From Terriglobia bacterium (GTDB lineage Bacteria > Acidobacteriota > Terriglobia > JAJPHL01 > JAPKYU01), in assembly GCA_965223005.1 (NCBI GenBank), contig CBDCVK010000010.1, positions 1,504,001 to 1,568,000 on the forward strand: a DNA stretch of 64,000 nucleotides. Reading direction: 5' to 3'. The translations under genes were made by a program, and so were the position numbers. Position 1 is the first letter of the stretch. Every line of letters begins with the position of its first letter. Below, piece by piece: positions 1 through 9,555 of this stretch. The notes under the pieces are model-generated. The model was given only the letters and a program-made list of their open reading frames with translations, searched no databases and was not told the DNA's origin.

Positions 1-76
1 CCCCTTTCGGTTTCTAGTCTCGTGCGTAAGGCTCTTTCCTCACAAGAGGAGCCGCTGCACGATGGCCCTTCTTAAC

Positions 77-1597
77 TTACTCCGTCCGCACCGCGAGATA
101 GCCCTGCGCCAGGGTGTTGTCTCCGTCGGTGATGAAGGCAAAGCCGTGCGCATTCCGAAATTCACAGGTTGCAGTGATATAGCCCTGGAATTCGGCGGCA
201 ATATTTGACAGAAGATCGACCCACTGTGCCCCACCCGCGACAGGCTCGGGCGTCATCAGATCATCAGGAGCATCGGGACCGCTGTACTCGATGGTGCAGT
301 AGCCCTTTCCCTCCGAGGCATTCGTGATGACCAGTCCGGTATTGAAGCCGAGCTTGTTGGTCACGAACGGGAACAGCAGCGTCGTGGTGCAATCGCTGAT
401 CTCGATCACATCGTTGGTGGGGCCGCTGGCATAACGCGTCATCTTTGAAACGTCATCGGTCACGGGATGATAGCTGACGGTCACGGAACCGGTATTAAGC
501 GCCGGCTCTCCCGCCTCCCACGTGAACGTGATCTCCAACTCATTCCATTCCATTGCTTTCTCGGCGTCCGTCCCCTCGCGCACGTCGGTAGTATCCGAGT
601 CCTCATCGACGAAGTTGTATATGATCTGACCCGCACGTGCTGTTGACAGAGCGACGTTTCCGTCCTCATCAAGGCCGCTCATCTCCCCCTCGGTCATCAA
701 CGTGAGTGGGGCTAAATCGCCCGATATAACTTGTGGGGAAGCGGTGAGATCTGTCATCTCGAGTGCCATTCCCGTTCCCATCATGCTCGGCGTCACGGTC
801 ACACCCTCAGGAATGTCGCGGAAAGCCACCACGAGCGAATCTGTATCTCTGATCGCGCTCGCAAAACCTTCCACGAACTTGATGGTGGCTACATTCATGG
901 TCATGTCCGATGGGGCCTCACACTGCAGGCCGGTTGCCGAGGTTACCGTAATGTCGAGTCCGGCTGTCACGTCGGCGAGTTTAATCGGACTGTGTTTAAT
1001 CATCACACCGTTGACACGAACTTCCGCGGTGACATCATTACCATCTCCCACCATGGAGGCGTTGGCCATGATCCCGCCGATAGTTACCGTGCTACCCGTC
1101 GCAGTGTTAGGGAAATTTATACCACCGTCCTCGTTGGCGTCGGTGGGGATAGTCCACGTGATCGTGGTGTCACCGTCCGAGAGTACTTCCTTACCCTCCC
1201 CCACATAATCTAGATGGAAGTGGCTGGCAGCCCCAAGGCTAGGGGTACCGTAGGTGAGGCCCATGACCACATCACCATCGTCGTTCGTTGCATTGGTGAT
1301 AGGCGCCGGTGTTCAGCGTAATGCTGATTACGGCTTTATCGTCAATGGGCGGCTGGCCAAAGGTTTCTTGGCGCTACCCTCCTGAAAAGGAAAAAATCCG
1401 ATGACCTCGTCACGGCACTGCAATTCCGGATACTTCCCACCGCCTCGGTGATGCCCTCGGCGCGAACCGTGTTCGCACCGCTTTGGAAGGCGAAACACTC
1501 CTGCGCCTGCGCCACGCCGCCTGCTCGCCACGGTTAGCGCGAACAGGGACAGCATGACGATGCTGTTTCTCAAGACCGCCTTTTGAACCTTCTTCAT
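77..1597 (-). pseudogene. Acidic secreted S-layer-like protein of the Solibacter/Bryobacter type, with several frameshifts in the 5' region (real or sequencing error)
   Basis: ORF 77..1270 carries the C-terminal block TTLLFPFVTNKLGFNTGLVITN...FQGYITATCEFRNAHGFAFITD...LAQGYLA. The signal peptide MKKVQKAVLRNSIVMLSLFALTVA starts at 1597, and shifted frames give AQAQECFAFQSGANTVRAEGITEAVGSI and AVISITLNT. Very rich in D/E/T. Confidence 0.6.
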
Positions 1598-1751
1598 TGT
1601 TCTTCCTTTTTCCATCTCGCCTCTTCTCCTTCTTGGTTTCAGATCAGAATTTTTAATTCCTGGTGACGTTGGATACCTCAACGTTATACCTCAACATGCT
1701 CCCCCGTCACGAGAGCTACTGAACAACACGCTCGCCCCAACTTCGCCGCTT

Positions 1752-1835
1752 CCGGGCGGCAAGCTCGGGCAAACCGTACACTCTCGCCGGAGATCGTCCT
1801 GAAAGCCTCACACAGTTTGCCTTGGATCCGCCCGG
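1752..1835 (-). promoter_or_regulatory. Long stem-loop in the 5' UTR of the S-layer-like gene
   Basis: On the minus strand, CCGGGCGG pairs with CCGCCCGG and GGCAAACTGTGTG pairs with TGTACGGTTTGCC (with G-U pairs). Confidence 0.5.
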
Positions 1836-1850
1836 GGCGACGACGCATCT

Positions 1851-1880
1851 TTTGTATCAACTCCAGCTGTGCCGCGTCAA
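1851..1880 (-). promoter_or_regulatory. Candidate sigma70 promoter P1 of the S-layer-like gene
   Basis: TTGACG-N18-TACAAA with a TG extended -10, just upstream of the UTR hairpin. Confidence 0.45.
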
Positions 1881-2012
1881 CTGTTTTTTTACTTTCCCGT
1901 TTACCACCCAAACGGCCAGAGGCGGGATGGCGCGCTCTCGCCCCGATCATCACTGCCAGTCCAAGCCGGTCCAAACGTTCCCTGCCGCCTTACATACAAA
2001 GCGGCCATCGTG

Positions 2013-2050
2013 AAATTAACAACTGGCAGGGGGCATGTCAAGATTTTTTT
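2013..2050 (-). promoter_or_regulatory. Near-consensus sigma70 promoter P2 with an A-tract UP element
   Basis: TTGACA (2041-2036)-N17-TAATTT (2018-2013), preceded by an A-run. Confidence 0.6.
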
Positions 2051-2095
2051 TCGAAATGTGCCAGGAAAAAACAGGCCACTAGGGGGGGGCAAGGG

Positions 2096-2114
2096 GGCAG
2101 TAGGCAGTAGGCGG
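2096..2114 (+). repeat. Heptamer array GGCAGTA GGCAGTA GGCGG, directly after the stop codon of the four-helix-bundle gene
   Basis: Seen directly; abuts the TAG at 2115-2117. Confidence 0.75.
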
Positions 2115-2486
2115 CTATCCGGGGAGAAATGTTTGCGGATCCGCCATCATACGACCCAACATTCTGCCTAACGGCTCATACCTGGTGACGATGCGCCTAT
2201 GCAGAATCCTGCGATAAGTAGCCGCAATTACGGGCGAAGTCGAGCCACACTTGCGTTTCGGTTGCCTCCGCGTCGGCGTCAGCAAGCTTACTCACAAACA
2301 TACTCGGATATTGCCGCTTTCTGAAGCCTTCGGCGAGGTTCGCGGCAACGCTGCGTGAGGAGCGGCGTATTTGATCGGTCAAGGAGAAACGCTCATCCCT
2401 GGGGAATACCTTAGAATGCTGGAAGACCTCCATCGCTAGCTTGTACGCCAGTTGATAAGCTTTCAGATCCGATGTCCCTGTAGCAA
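2115..2486 (-). pseudogene. Four-helix-bundle protein (23S rRNA IVS / S23 / Avd-like family) with two 1-nt frameshifts
   Basis: Core DLKAYQLAYKLAMEVFQHSKVFPRDERFSLTDQIRRSSRSVAANLAEGFRKRQYP...ETQVWLDFARNCGY. The shifted C-terminus LHRRIVTRYEPLGRMLGRMMADPQTFLPG* ends at 2115. The shifted N-terminus TTG-LQGHR follows the RBS GGAAGG. Confidence 0.85.
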
Positions 2487-2502
2487 TTGAACCTTCCGTC
2501 CA

Positions 2503-2532
2503 CCGCCCGCTTTCCGCCTTCTGCTTTCTGCC
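2503..2532 (+). repeat. Degenerate heptamer array CCGCTTT CCGCCTT CTGCTTT CTGCC upstream of the four-helix-bundle gene
   Basis: Seen directly; largely complementary to the 2096-2114 array. Confidence 0.65.
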
Positions 2533-2540
2533 GACCGGCC

Positions 2541-4802
2541 TTACTCGCTCTCCTGCCTGAGCGCCTTGCGCAATTCCTTCAATTTGTCGTGGAACTCCTT
2601 GGTGGCCATCTTGGCCTCGCCCATGTCCTTGATCACCCTGGGCGTGAGCAGGATGATCAGCTCGTTGCGGCTGGTGGAATCGCGGGTGGTGCCGAACAAT
2701 AGCCCCAAGCCGGGAATGCGCCCTAACAGCGGCACTCGATTGGTGGAGACGATCCGGGTTTCCGAGATGATGCCGCCCAGGGCAATGGTCTCCCCGTCCT
2801 GCACCGTCACCTGAGTGGACACGGAACGCTTCTGGATCGAAGTCAGAGTGCCGCTGCTGGTCGGCAAGCTGACTTCCTGGTCGATACGCAACGTCACCAG
2901 CCCGCTGGGATTGATGCGCGGTGTCACCGACAGGATCACGCCGGTATCCCGCCTCTGGTAGGAACTGACAGGTGAGATGGTCCCGAAGGCTACACCCTGC
3001 TGAGTCTGGATGGGAATCTCCTGTCCTACCTGGATGCGCGCCTCGGTGTTATTGCTGGCCAAAAGCGTGGGCGCGGAAAGCACCCGTGTGCGTCCCCGGT
3101 TCTCCTGGGCATTCAGGAACAGGAACAACTCGCGGCTGCGGCCTATCAAGGTGCCCACCGAAGCGCTCAGGCCGGCGTTAGGAAACGTCTCCGTCCCGAA
3201 AGCGCTGAATTGCCCAACGGGATTCCGGGAGGCGCTGCTGCGCCGCTGGAGGAACGCTTCGACCCCGAAGGACAGCGCCCCCGATAAGGTGACCTCGTAC
3301 ACCTTGGCTTCAATGAGCACCTGCCGGGGCGCCACGTCCAGCTCCTTCAGGGTCTCAAGGATGACTTCGTAGTCCTGCGGGGTAGCCTGGACGACCAGGG
3401 TATTGTTGATGGGGTCCGGAACAATGCGCGCCGGACTCTGCAACATTCCGCCCGGCACAGCAGCTATGAAGATTTGCCTGGAACCCCGGTACATAGAACC
3501 CCGCGATGTTTGGCCCACCCCGCCGACAGGAAACGACACACCTCCGGGCGTCATTCCTCCACCAGCCGCTCCCATCCCGCCGGGCGGTATCATCCCCGGC
3601 GCTGTCATCCCGGGCGCCGACGCTCCTGTTGCCTCCGCACCCATCATCGGCCGAGCTGCTCCGTAAAGGCCCGCCAATACGAAAGCCAACTCCCCCGCCG
3701 CCCTGTTTTCCACCTTGTAGGCAAAGTTCTGCAGTCCCCCACGGCGCACGGGCTTGTCCAGCTTCTCAATCCACTGCTGCACTTCCGAGTACACCTCGGA
3801 ATTCGGAGTCGCCACCAGGATGGAGTTGATTCGCTCCAGTGCAATAAACCGCACCGCCGAGCCTTCCTTCGAGAGGGCATACGCCTTGAAGATTTCCTCC
3901 AGGTCCTTGACCAGGCTGCTGGCCTGGCTGTTCTCGATGGCAAACAACCGGACCCGCTGCTGCTCCAGCGCCGAGGTGTCAAACAGGTTCACCATCCCCA
4001 TTAGCCGCTTCAGGCTGCGGCTGGTGTCGGTGATGAGCAGGATGTTGCCCGGCTCGTGGGTCACGATGTGGCCCGCTTCCGACAGGTAGCTGCTCAGGAT
4101 TTTCGACATATCCGCGGCGGTGACGAAGCTGAGGGCGACCACGTTCATCACCATGCGGTCATCAGGCGGCAGGCTGGCTCCAGTGGGATCCTGGGTGAGC
4201 GGTAGCGGAACACGCGGCGCTCCCTTCAGGGGCACGATCCGCCAGAAGCTGCCGCTCTGGACGGCCGAGGCCCCGTTGGCCCGCAGGATGGCCTGCAGCA
4301 GGGGCAGCAGGTCCTCATGACTCAGGTTGCCCAGGGTGTTGATGTTCACCACACCCTTCACCCCAGGGTCCACGACATAGTTCATCTTGAGTTCGGCGGC
4401 AATGATCCCAATCACCTGAAGCAGGTTGGCATTCTCCAGGTGGAGGCTGATGCGCGCCCCAGCTCGCGTCTTCCCCGTTGCCGGTGCCGCTTCCGCCTCC
4501 TGCGCGGGAGGCTCTGCCGATGGCTGGTCTTGAGGCTGGGCAGTCGGTTGTTGCGGTTCCTGAGCCTGAGGCTCTGTCGGTTCCCCCTGCGCTGGCGGCT
4601 GGACCGGTTGCTCGGTTTGAGACTGCGCAGGTGGTTGCGCGGGTTCCTGGACCGGCGCGGCCTTCCTCGGAGTGCTGCCTGCGGCGACCGTCGACATCAG
4701 CCCCCAAGCTGCTAAAACTAGGACGGCGCTACCCAGTTGGCCTCTCAGTACATCGGATGTGAAATTCTGCATCCTCTTCATGGTTCGTTTTATTCGGCTC
4801 AT
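2541..4802 (-). CDS. gspD: Type II secretion system secretin GspD
   Basis: N0 and N domains, then a secretin core (LDVAPRQVLIEAKVYEV, VLSAPTLL, GETIALGG, VPLLGRIPGLGLLF). Start inferred. Confidence 0.93.
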   Translation of the reverse strand: MSRIKRTMKRMQNFTSDVLRGQLGSAVLVLAAWGLMSTVAAGSTPRKAAPVQEPAQPPAQSQTEQPVQPPAQGEPTEPQAQEPQQPTAQPQDQPSAEPPAQEAEAAPATGKTRAGARISLHLENANLLQVIGIIAAELKMNYVVDPGVKGVVNINTLGNLSHEDLLPLLQAILRANGASAVQSGSFWRIVPLKGAPRVPLPLTQDPTGASLPPDDRMVMNVVALSFVTAADMSKILSSYLSEAGHIVTHEPGNILLITDTSRSLKRLMGMVNLFDTSALEQQRVRLFAIENSQASSLVKDLEEIFKAYALSKEGSAVRFIALERINSILVATPNSEVYSEVQQWIEKLDKPVRRGGLQNFAYKVENRAAGELAFVLAGLYGAARPMMGAEATGASAPGMTAPGMIPPGGMGAAGGGMTPGGVSFPVGGVGQTSRGSMYRGSRQIFIAAVPGGMLQSPARIVPDPINNTLVVQATPQDYEVILETLKELDVAPRQVLIEAKVYEVTLSGALSFGVEAFLQRRSSASRNPVGQFSAFGTETFPNAGLSASVGTLIGRSRELFLFLNAQENRGRTRVLSAPTLLASNNTEARIQVGQEIPIQTQQGVAFGTISPVSSYQRRDTGVILSVTPRINPSGLVTLRIDQEVSLPTSSGTLTSIQKRSVSTQVTVQDGETIALGGIISETRIVSTNRVPLLGRIPGLGLLFGTTRDSTSRNELIILLTPRVIKDMGEAKMATKEFHDKLKELRKALRQESE

Positions 4803-4815
4803 CTCAGATTCTGCC

Positions 4816-5613
4816 TCATTGGGTTTTCTGCGCCGCCGGGAGATCCTCATACCAGGTCTGTACACCAAATGGCGTTACCCGGTCGTATCTCTTCCGGTTA
4901 CCTTCGACGGTGACGGTTAAATAGCGATCCCCGGTGGGGGAGCCGGTCGCTGGGGCGACAGCGGGAGCGGTGGCGGCTCCTGGGGCGGGTGTAGACGCCG
5001 GCCCTGCAGAAGAAGCTGAAGGGGAAGCCGGAACAGCGGTCAACACCTGGTCGGCCGCGGTGCCGGCCGGGCGGGCGGGCCGAACGGCGGCCCGCCCGGC
5101 GGCCTGGCGCACGTTTTCGGCTGATTCGTAGACATCAATGGTGGTCTTCTGGCCCTCGAATTCGATAATCACCTGGTGCTCGGCGATTTCCGCCACGCGA
5201 TAGCCACCGATTTCATCGCCCACCTTGAGCCGGCGGAATGTGGCCTGCCTGGCCTGTTGCGGCTCGGCCATCAGGGCCACCGGACCGCTGCCGAGGTTCA
5301 AGGTTCCAATCACCAAGGGGACCGGCGGCCGGACCTTGGATACGCTTGCCAACGCCTGGTCGTTGTTGCGGTCGGGGCTGAACAGGTTGCGGGTGAGCAG
5401 CACGGAGTGGCTGTCCGGGACAGCCGCCAGTCCAGCTTCAGCCATGCCTGCTTTGGACACACTTGGCCCGGGGGTGGCTGCTGAGGTCACAAACTGCTTG
5501 TAGCGGGCATGATTGCTCTGCCAGGTATCGTGGATGGCGGCGGCAACCCACATCGCCAGCGTCAAGAGGGCTAGGTTGAGATAGGTTATCGGTTTGCGCA
5601 TGCTTTCTCTCAC
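4816..5613 (-). CDS. GspC-like T2SS inner-membrane protein
   Basis: N-terminal TM, RNLFSPDR and an HR-like domain (LKVGDEIGGYRVAEIAEHQVIIE); lies between gspM and gspD. Confidence 0.7.
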   Translation of the reverse strand: MRESMRKPITYLNLALLTLAMWVAAAIHDTWQSNHARYKQFVTSAATPGPSVSKAGMAEAGLAAVPDSHSVLLTRNLFSPDRNNDQALASVSKVRPPVPLVIGTLNLGSGPVALMAEPQQARQATFRRLKVGDEIGGYRVAEIAEHQVIIEFEGQKTTIDVYESAENVRQAAGRAAVRPARPAGTAADQVLTAVPASPSASSAGPASTPAPGAATAPAVAPATGSPTGDRYLTVTVEGNRKRYDRVTPFGVQTWYEDLPAAQKTQ

Positions 5614-6272
5614 GCTTTGGGAGTTGGCGCGGGCTCGGCGAACATCAACCCGCGAATCACCATTCGCACCGCCACCATCTTTTGCGGCTTTTGTGGTTTT
5701 TGTGGCCGACCGGGCCGCGAGGGCAGCGCCCTAATGGAGAGCTGATCCAGCGCCAGTACCTTGCGACTGGCGTGGGCAGCCAGCAGAAAACTCGTGAGCT
5801 GGTCCAGCCTGCATTGGAACGACAACGACAAGGGCACGACGTTATAGCTCGCCCCGGCGACCTTGAGAACCCGCACCGGCCGGAAGGCGGCGTTGCGCAT
5901 TTCCATGCCCTGCTTCGCCATCAGTTGCTTGATCACTTCCTGCAACTCGGCCGCAGCCAGGGCCGACGTGCTGCTGCTCAGCAGGCCTTTCTCGGCTTCA
6001 GCCAGACGAGCCTGCATTTCCTGAAACTCCTTTTTCTGATCTGCGGCCAGGGCTACAAGTCGCCGGTATTTGCGCAGGGTCTTCTCCTTCAGTGGCAGCG
6101 AGGCACGGAGCTTCTCGGCGGGGTCCATGACGGGCAAGACAAGCAAATCCAGCAGCAGGAACAGAGCAGTGGCAGCTGCCAGCAAGAGCAGAGCCCGCTG
6201 GTCTCGAGCGCTCAAAGAACGCAAGAAAGACGCAGCTGTCGCTGGCTCCCTCTTCCTGCCTCCGTTAGTCAT
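5610..6272 (-). CDS. gspM: T2SS protein GspM/PilO-like
   Basis: LSARDQRALL plus TM, coiled coil and ferredoxin-like C-terminus; operon position. Confidence 0.8.
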   Translation of the reverse strand: MTNGGRKREPATAASFLRSLSARDQRALLLLAAATALFLLLDLLVLPVMDPAEKLRASLPLKEKTLRKYRRLVALAADQKKEFQEMQARLAEAEKGLLSSSTSALAAAELQEVIKQLMAKQGMEMRNAAFRPVRVLKVAGASYNVVPLSLSFQCRLDQLTSFLLAAHASRKVLALDQLSIRALPSRPGRPQKPQKPQKMVAVRMVIRGLMFAEPAPTPKA

Positions 6273-7791
6273 GACTGGCCACCTCCTCCGCTCGTGCCTG
6301 CGTCTCCCGCAACCGCATCCGGATCTGGAAGGCCTCCCGCCCTTGTTTGTTCTTGGTGATCGCGGTGATGAATTCCGGCTGTTGGAAATGCGGCGACTGA
6401 TTGATGGCCTGTAGAATGCCGGAAGCGGATTGGGCTTGCCCGGAGGCCGTCACCTGGTTATCCTTAAAATGGAGTGTTTGCAACCAGGCCGTATCGGGAA
6501 CCAGGCGAGTTAGTTCCTTCCACGCCTCGAGCCTGAGCGCGATATCCTGCCGCTGGCCCTGTAGCAGATCCCATTTCAACAACAGCGCCTGGTGGCGGGA
6601 ATTCAGCTGTTCCACATGCTCCACATGGGGCTGCAACTTGCTGATCTCCGAGTTCAACCAGGAGGAATAGAAGCGGTCCTGCACCCATGTGGTTGCGAGC
6701 CAGGCAGCGCCGAGCAACAGCACAAGTACCACCAACGCATAGGCCGAGGTATGTGTCCAGCGGGAGCGCCAGTGGGAACGATAGCCGCGCTTCTCGACAG
6801 GCAGCAGATTCCAGCGCAGGCCGGGGGGGGAGGCCAACCCCGGCAGGCGGAGTTCGAGCTCTGGCAGGGCCGCCGCGTAGGCCACAAGATGCTTTCGGAG
6901 GTGGAACTCCGCTGGCCCCGCCTCGGGAATGACCACCGGAATATCCTCTGCCGAGGACCGGTTCGCTGGTGCAGAGTCTTCTGCTGCCGGTTGTTCTCTG
7001 ACTTCCGATTTTTGCGCGATGACTTCGCCAGTTTCTAGCAGCGGCGGACTATCCTGGGGATCGAGTCGCAACTCGGCCACGCAAAACTCCACTTCGCGCT
7101 CGAACGAGGTCGTAGCCGCAACTTCTTTAGAGTAGAACGAGCCATCGGGTGCGACTCCCAGCAGTTCCAGAACTTGCCCGCAGTGATCCATCAACAACAG
7201 CGGGCGAGGCAGTCCTGGCTTGTTCCGGCCCCGATGGAAGGAAGCCCCGCGCAGCGCCTGGTACAGCACGGCTGTAGAAAGGGTGAAGCCGGCCACGTCC
7301 ACGCCCGCCTGGAGGAACCACTGGTAGAGCGGCTCCAGCGTATTCTTCTGGACAATCGCCACAGCCACGCGCAGCCGCCCGCGTTGACCTTCCTCCCCAG
7401 CGCCGGCCCCATTGCCCGTGTTGCGCGCAGGTGGTTCGGGAAGGAGCGCGTAGTCGAAATAGACGCTGCCTTCCTCGAACGGGTGGAGCTGATCCACCTG
7501 GTAGCCGACCGTCTGCCCCAGTTCTGACGCAACTTCGGCGGGCAATTCCAACGTTCGGACCAGGCCAGCGCCGCGCGGGAGCGCCACCAGTGCGCTGGTG
7601 GTCAACGCATGGTTCTCTTCACGGAAGCGCCGGTATTGCTGGGCCACCTCGGCCACCGGCCGGGCGCGGAAATCCTCGATCCGCAGGAACCCGCTGACGC
7701 GCAGGCGGCGCCCGCGGCCGCGCAAGCAGACAGCGTCCAGGTGGCTTCCCCGAACAGCAATGCCGATACTGGTTCCCAGATAGAAGGTCAT
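6265..7791 (-). CDS. gspL: T2SS protein GspL (PilM/PilN-like fusion)
   Basis: Actin-like N-terminus, TM and PilN domain (WKELTRLVPDTAWLQTL...ASGQAQSA). Start inferred. Confidence 0.8.
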   Translation of the reverse strand: MTFYLGTSIGIAVRGSHLDAVCLRGRGRRLRVSGFLRIEDFRARPVAEVAQQYRRFREENHALTTSALVALPRGAGLVRTLELPAEVASELGQTVGYQVDQLHPFEEGSVYFDYALLPEPPARNTGNGAGAGEEGQRGRLRVAVAIVQKNTLEPLYQWFLQAGVDVAGFTLSTAVLYQALRGASFHRGRNKPGLPRPLLLMDHCGQVLELLGVAPDGSFYSKEVAATTSFEREVEFCVAELRLDPQDSPPLLETGEVIAQKSEVREQPAAEDSAPANRSSAEDIPVVIPEAGPAEFHLRKHLVAYAAALPELELRLPGLASPPGLRWNLLPVEKRGYRSHWRSRWTHTSAYALVVLVLLLGAAWLATTWVQDRFYSSWLNSEISKLQPHVEHVEQLNSRHQALLLKWDLLQGQRQDIALRLEAWKELTRLVPDTAWLQTLHFKDNQVTASGQAQSASGILQAINQSPHFQQPEFITAITKNKQGREAFQIRMRLRETQARAEEVASHD

Positions 7792-7834
7792 TTCCGATAC
7801 GTTCCTTGCTTCAAGTCCTCGTTCACAGCCCCGT

Positions 7835-8833
7835 TCACAAAATGGCCCACTCCTCCTCAATTGCCTGTTCATCCCAGGCCAATAGCTGCGTCCGGCCGGT
7901 GGCTTCCCGCTGGAAGACGGCGCGCACCGACGCCCGGGTGGCCGAGCCGCGGAACCGGCCGGTGGCAGTCAGGGTAAACAGATCCCGGATTGGATAGACT
8001 CCAAGGTGCGGCAAAGCCTCCGCGGGAAGCGAAATCGGTAGCTCGGTCAGGTTTCGGTAGAGCTTCTCCCGGCGTCCGGCGACGACTGCCCGTACCCGCT
8101 CTTCGTCCATCCCCGGCACGCTCAGCAACACTTCGTGAGGGACGTAGTTGACATCCAGTCTTGTGGAATTCCCATACACCGTCAGCAGGCGGTTGAACCC
8201 GCCGCGCCGGACCAGCCGGTCATTGGCGTCGCGCTCCATCCAGCCGTAGAACAGCTCCGGTGTGACTCCTTTCACCTGCAGCAGTTCTTCCAGCCGCTGG
8301 AAGGGCTGGTGCGCTGCCTGGTAGGGCTGCTCCAGACCAGAGTAGAACTGGTCAAAGACGCTTCCAACGCTCGAAGTGGCTGGCGCGCGCCAATCGGCAA
8401 TGGCCCGGACGATCTCCTCGGCGTCCCTCTCCCCCACTCCGGCAGCCTGAAACAGTGCATGCAGCCGCTCCACCGACGCGGTGTTGACGTTCAGCTTGCC
8501 TGCTTCGGAGGCCACCCGGACCCGTGCCGTTCCGGTGGCGTAGGAAAACTCCAGATAGGGCTGACCCGGTTCGTAAAACAGCTTCTGTTCGGCGTCATGC
8601 AAGCCGGGGGTTTGCAGCACGTAGAGCGCCTGTTCCAGCGCGCCGCGGGCCAGGAAGCGAGCTTGCTCGGCTTCCAGGCGGTAACGGGTAGCGGACAGTT
8701 CGGTGCGCACCGAGACAGCCACCGCCAGCGCGACCAGCGACAGCGCCGCCGTCAGCCACATCACCAGCAACAACACCGCACCTTTGTGGGAATTCGAGCT
8801 TGGACCATCGGCTTTGGACTTTGACTTTCTCAT
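7835..8833 (-). CDS. gspK: Minor pseudopilin GspK
   Basis: G|AVLLLVMW leader, EAGKLNVNTA, AIADWR, LEELLQVKGVT; ATGA overlap with gspJ. Confidence 0.9.
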   Translation of the reverse strand: MRKSKSKADGPSSNSHKGAVLLLVMWLTAALSLVALAVAVSVRTELSATRYRLEAEQARFLARGALEQALYVLQTPGLHDAEQKLFYEPGQPYLEFSYATGTARVRVASEAGKLNVNTASVERLHALFQAAGVGERDAEEIVRAIADWRAPATSSVGSVFDQFYSGLEQPYQAAHQPFQRLEELLQVKGVTPELFYGWMERDANDRLVRRGGFNRLLTVYGNSTRLDVNYVPHEVLLSVPGMDEERVRAVVAGRREKLYRNLTELPISLPAEALPHLGVYPIRDLFTLTATGRFRGSATRASVRAVFQREATGRTQLLAWDEQAIEEEWAIL

Positions 8834-9555
8834 CGGCCCGCTCCCGCGATGCCCAGGCGCGCATAGAGGGGCACCGGCTCCAGGCCTCTCCACACGGCAT
8901 CTTCCACGCCTACCTGTAGAGCGACTGCTGAAGGCATCTCCCTGCGCCCCAATAACGACCAGGAGGACACCCACTCCCCCAGCTCGGGCCGGTCGTCCCG
9001 GTACTGGAACCGGCACTCGCGCAGTCCTTCCCACAGCAGCAGGGCCCGCCTTGTGTCAAAGGGACGTAGACCCGGCCGGACCCCCTCCGGAGTGCGAAGG
9101 AGATCCACCACCACGCCGGCCAGCTGCTCGCCGTCCAGTGCCGGCCTTTCCTCGAGCCACAGCTTCCAGGTCCTGTCTCGCTGCCGCTCGACGAAGTAGT
9201 CGGCCACCACGATGCCCCCGCGCCCGCGCTCGAGCGCCGAATACGAGGTCAGAAAGACCAAGCGTTGCTCCTCGCCAAAGAAGAACGGCACTTGCTGGCG
9301 GCGGTCGGGCAACTCCATCACGATGGTCCGCAGCAGGTGATTGGAAAGCTGGAAATGCAGGATGTCCTCCACCTGGGTAACGCGACGCAACTGCACAACT
9401 GCCTGCTGCTCTTTCTCCCAGGCCCGCAGGCCAATCCGCAGCGAGGTGAGAGCCGCCAGAGTTACCAGGCCGGCGATGGTGGTGGCGGCCATCAACTCCA
9501 GCAGCGTCAGTCCCGCGGCGGTTCGTTGCTTACTGCCGTTGTAGTTGCGGCTCAT
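8830..9555 (-). CDS. gspJ: Minor pseudopilin GspJ
   Basis: G|LTLLELM methylation motif; size and gene order. Confidence 0.8.
   Translation of the reverse strand: MSRNYNGSKQRTAAGLTLLELMAATTIAGLVTLAALTSLRIGLRAWEKEQQAVVQLRRVTQVEDILHFQLSNHLLRTIVMELPDRRQQVPFFFGEEQRLVFLTSYSALERGRGGIVVADYFVERQRDRTWKLWLEERPALDGEQLAGVVVDLLRTPEGVRPGLRPFDTRRALLLWEGLRECRFQYRDDRPELGEWVSSWSLLGRREMPSAVALQVGVEDAVWRGLEPVPLYARLGIAGAGR

Noticed and set aside
1765-1825. c-di-GMP-I riboswitch (GGCAAAC)
   Set aside because: Lacks the GNRA tetraloop/receptor two-stem layout; it is a single long hairpin.
2115-2486. Diversity-generating retroelement (Avd-like gene)
   Set aside because: No reverse transcriptase and no TR/VR pair with adenine-specific mismatches in the window.
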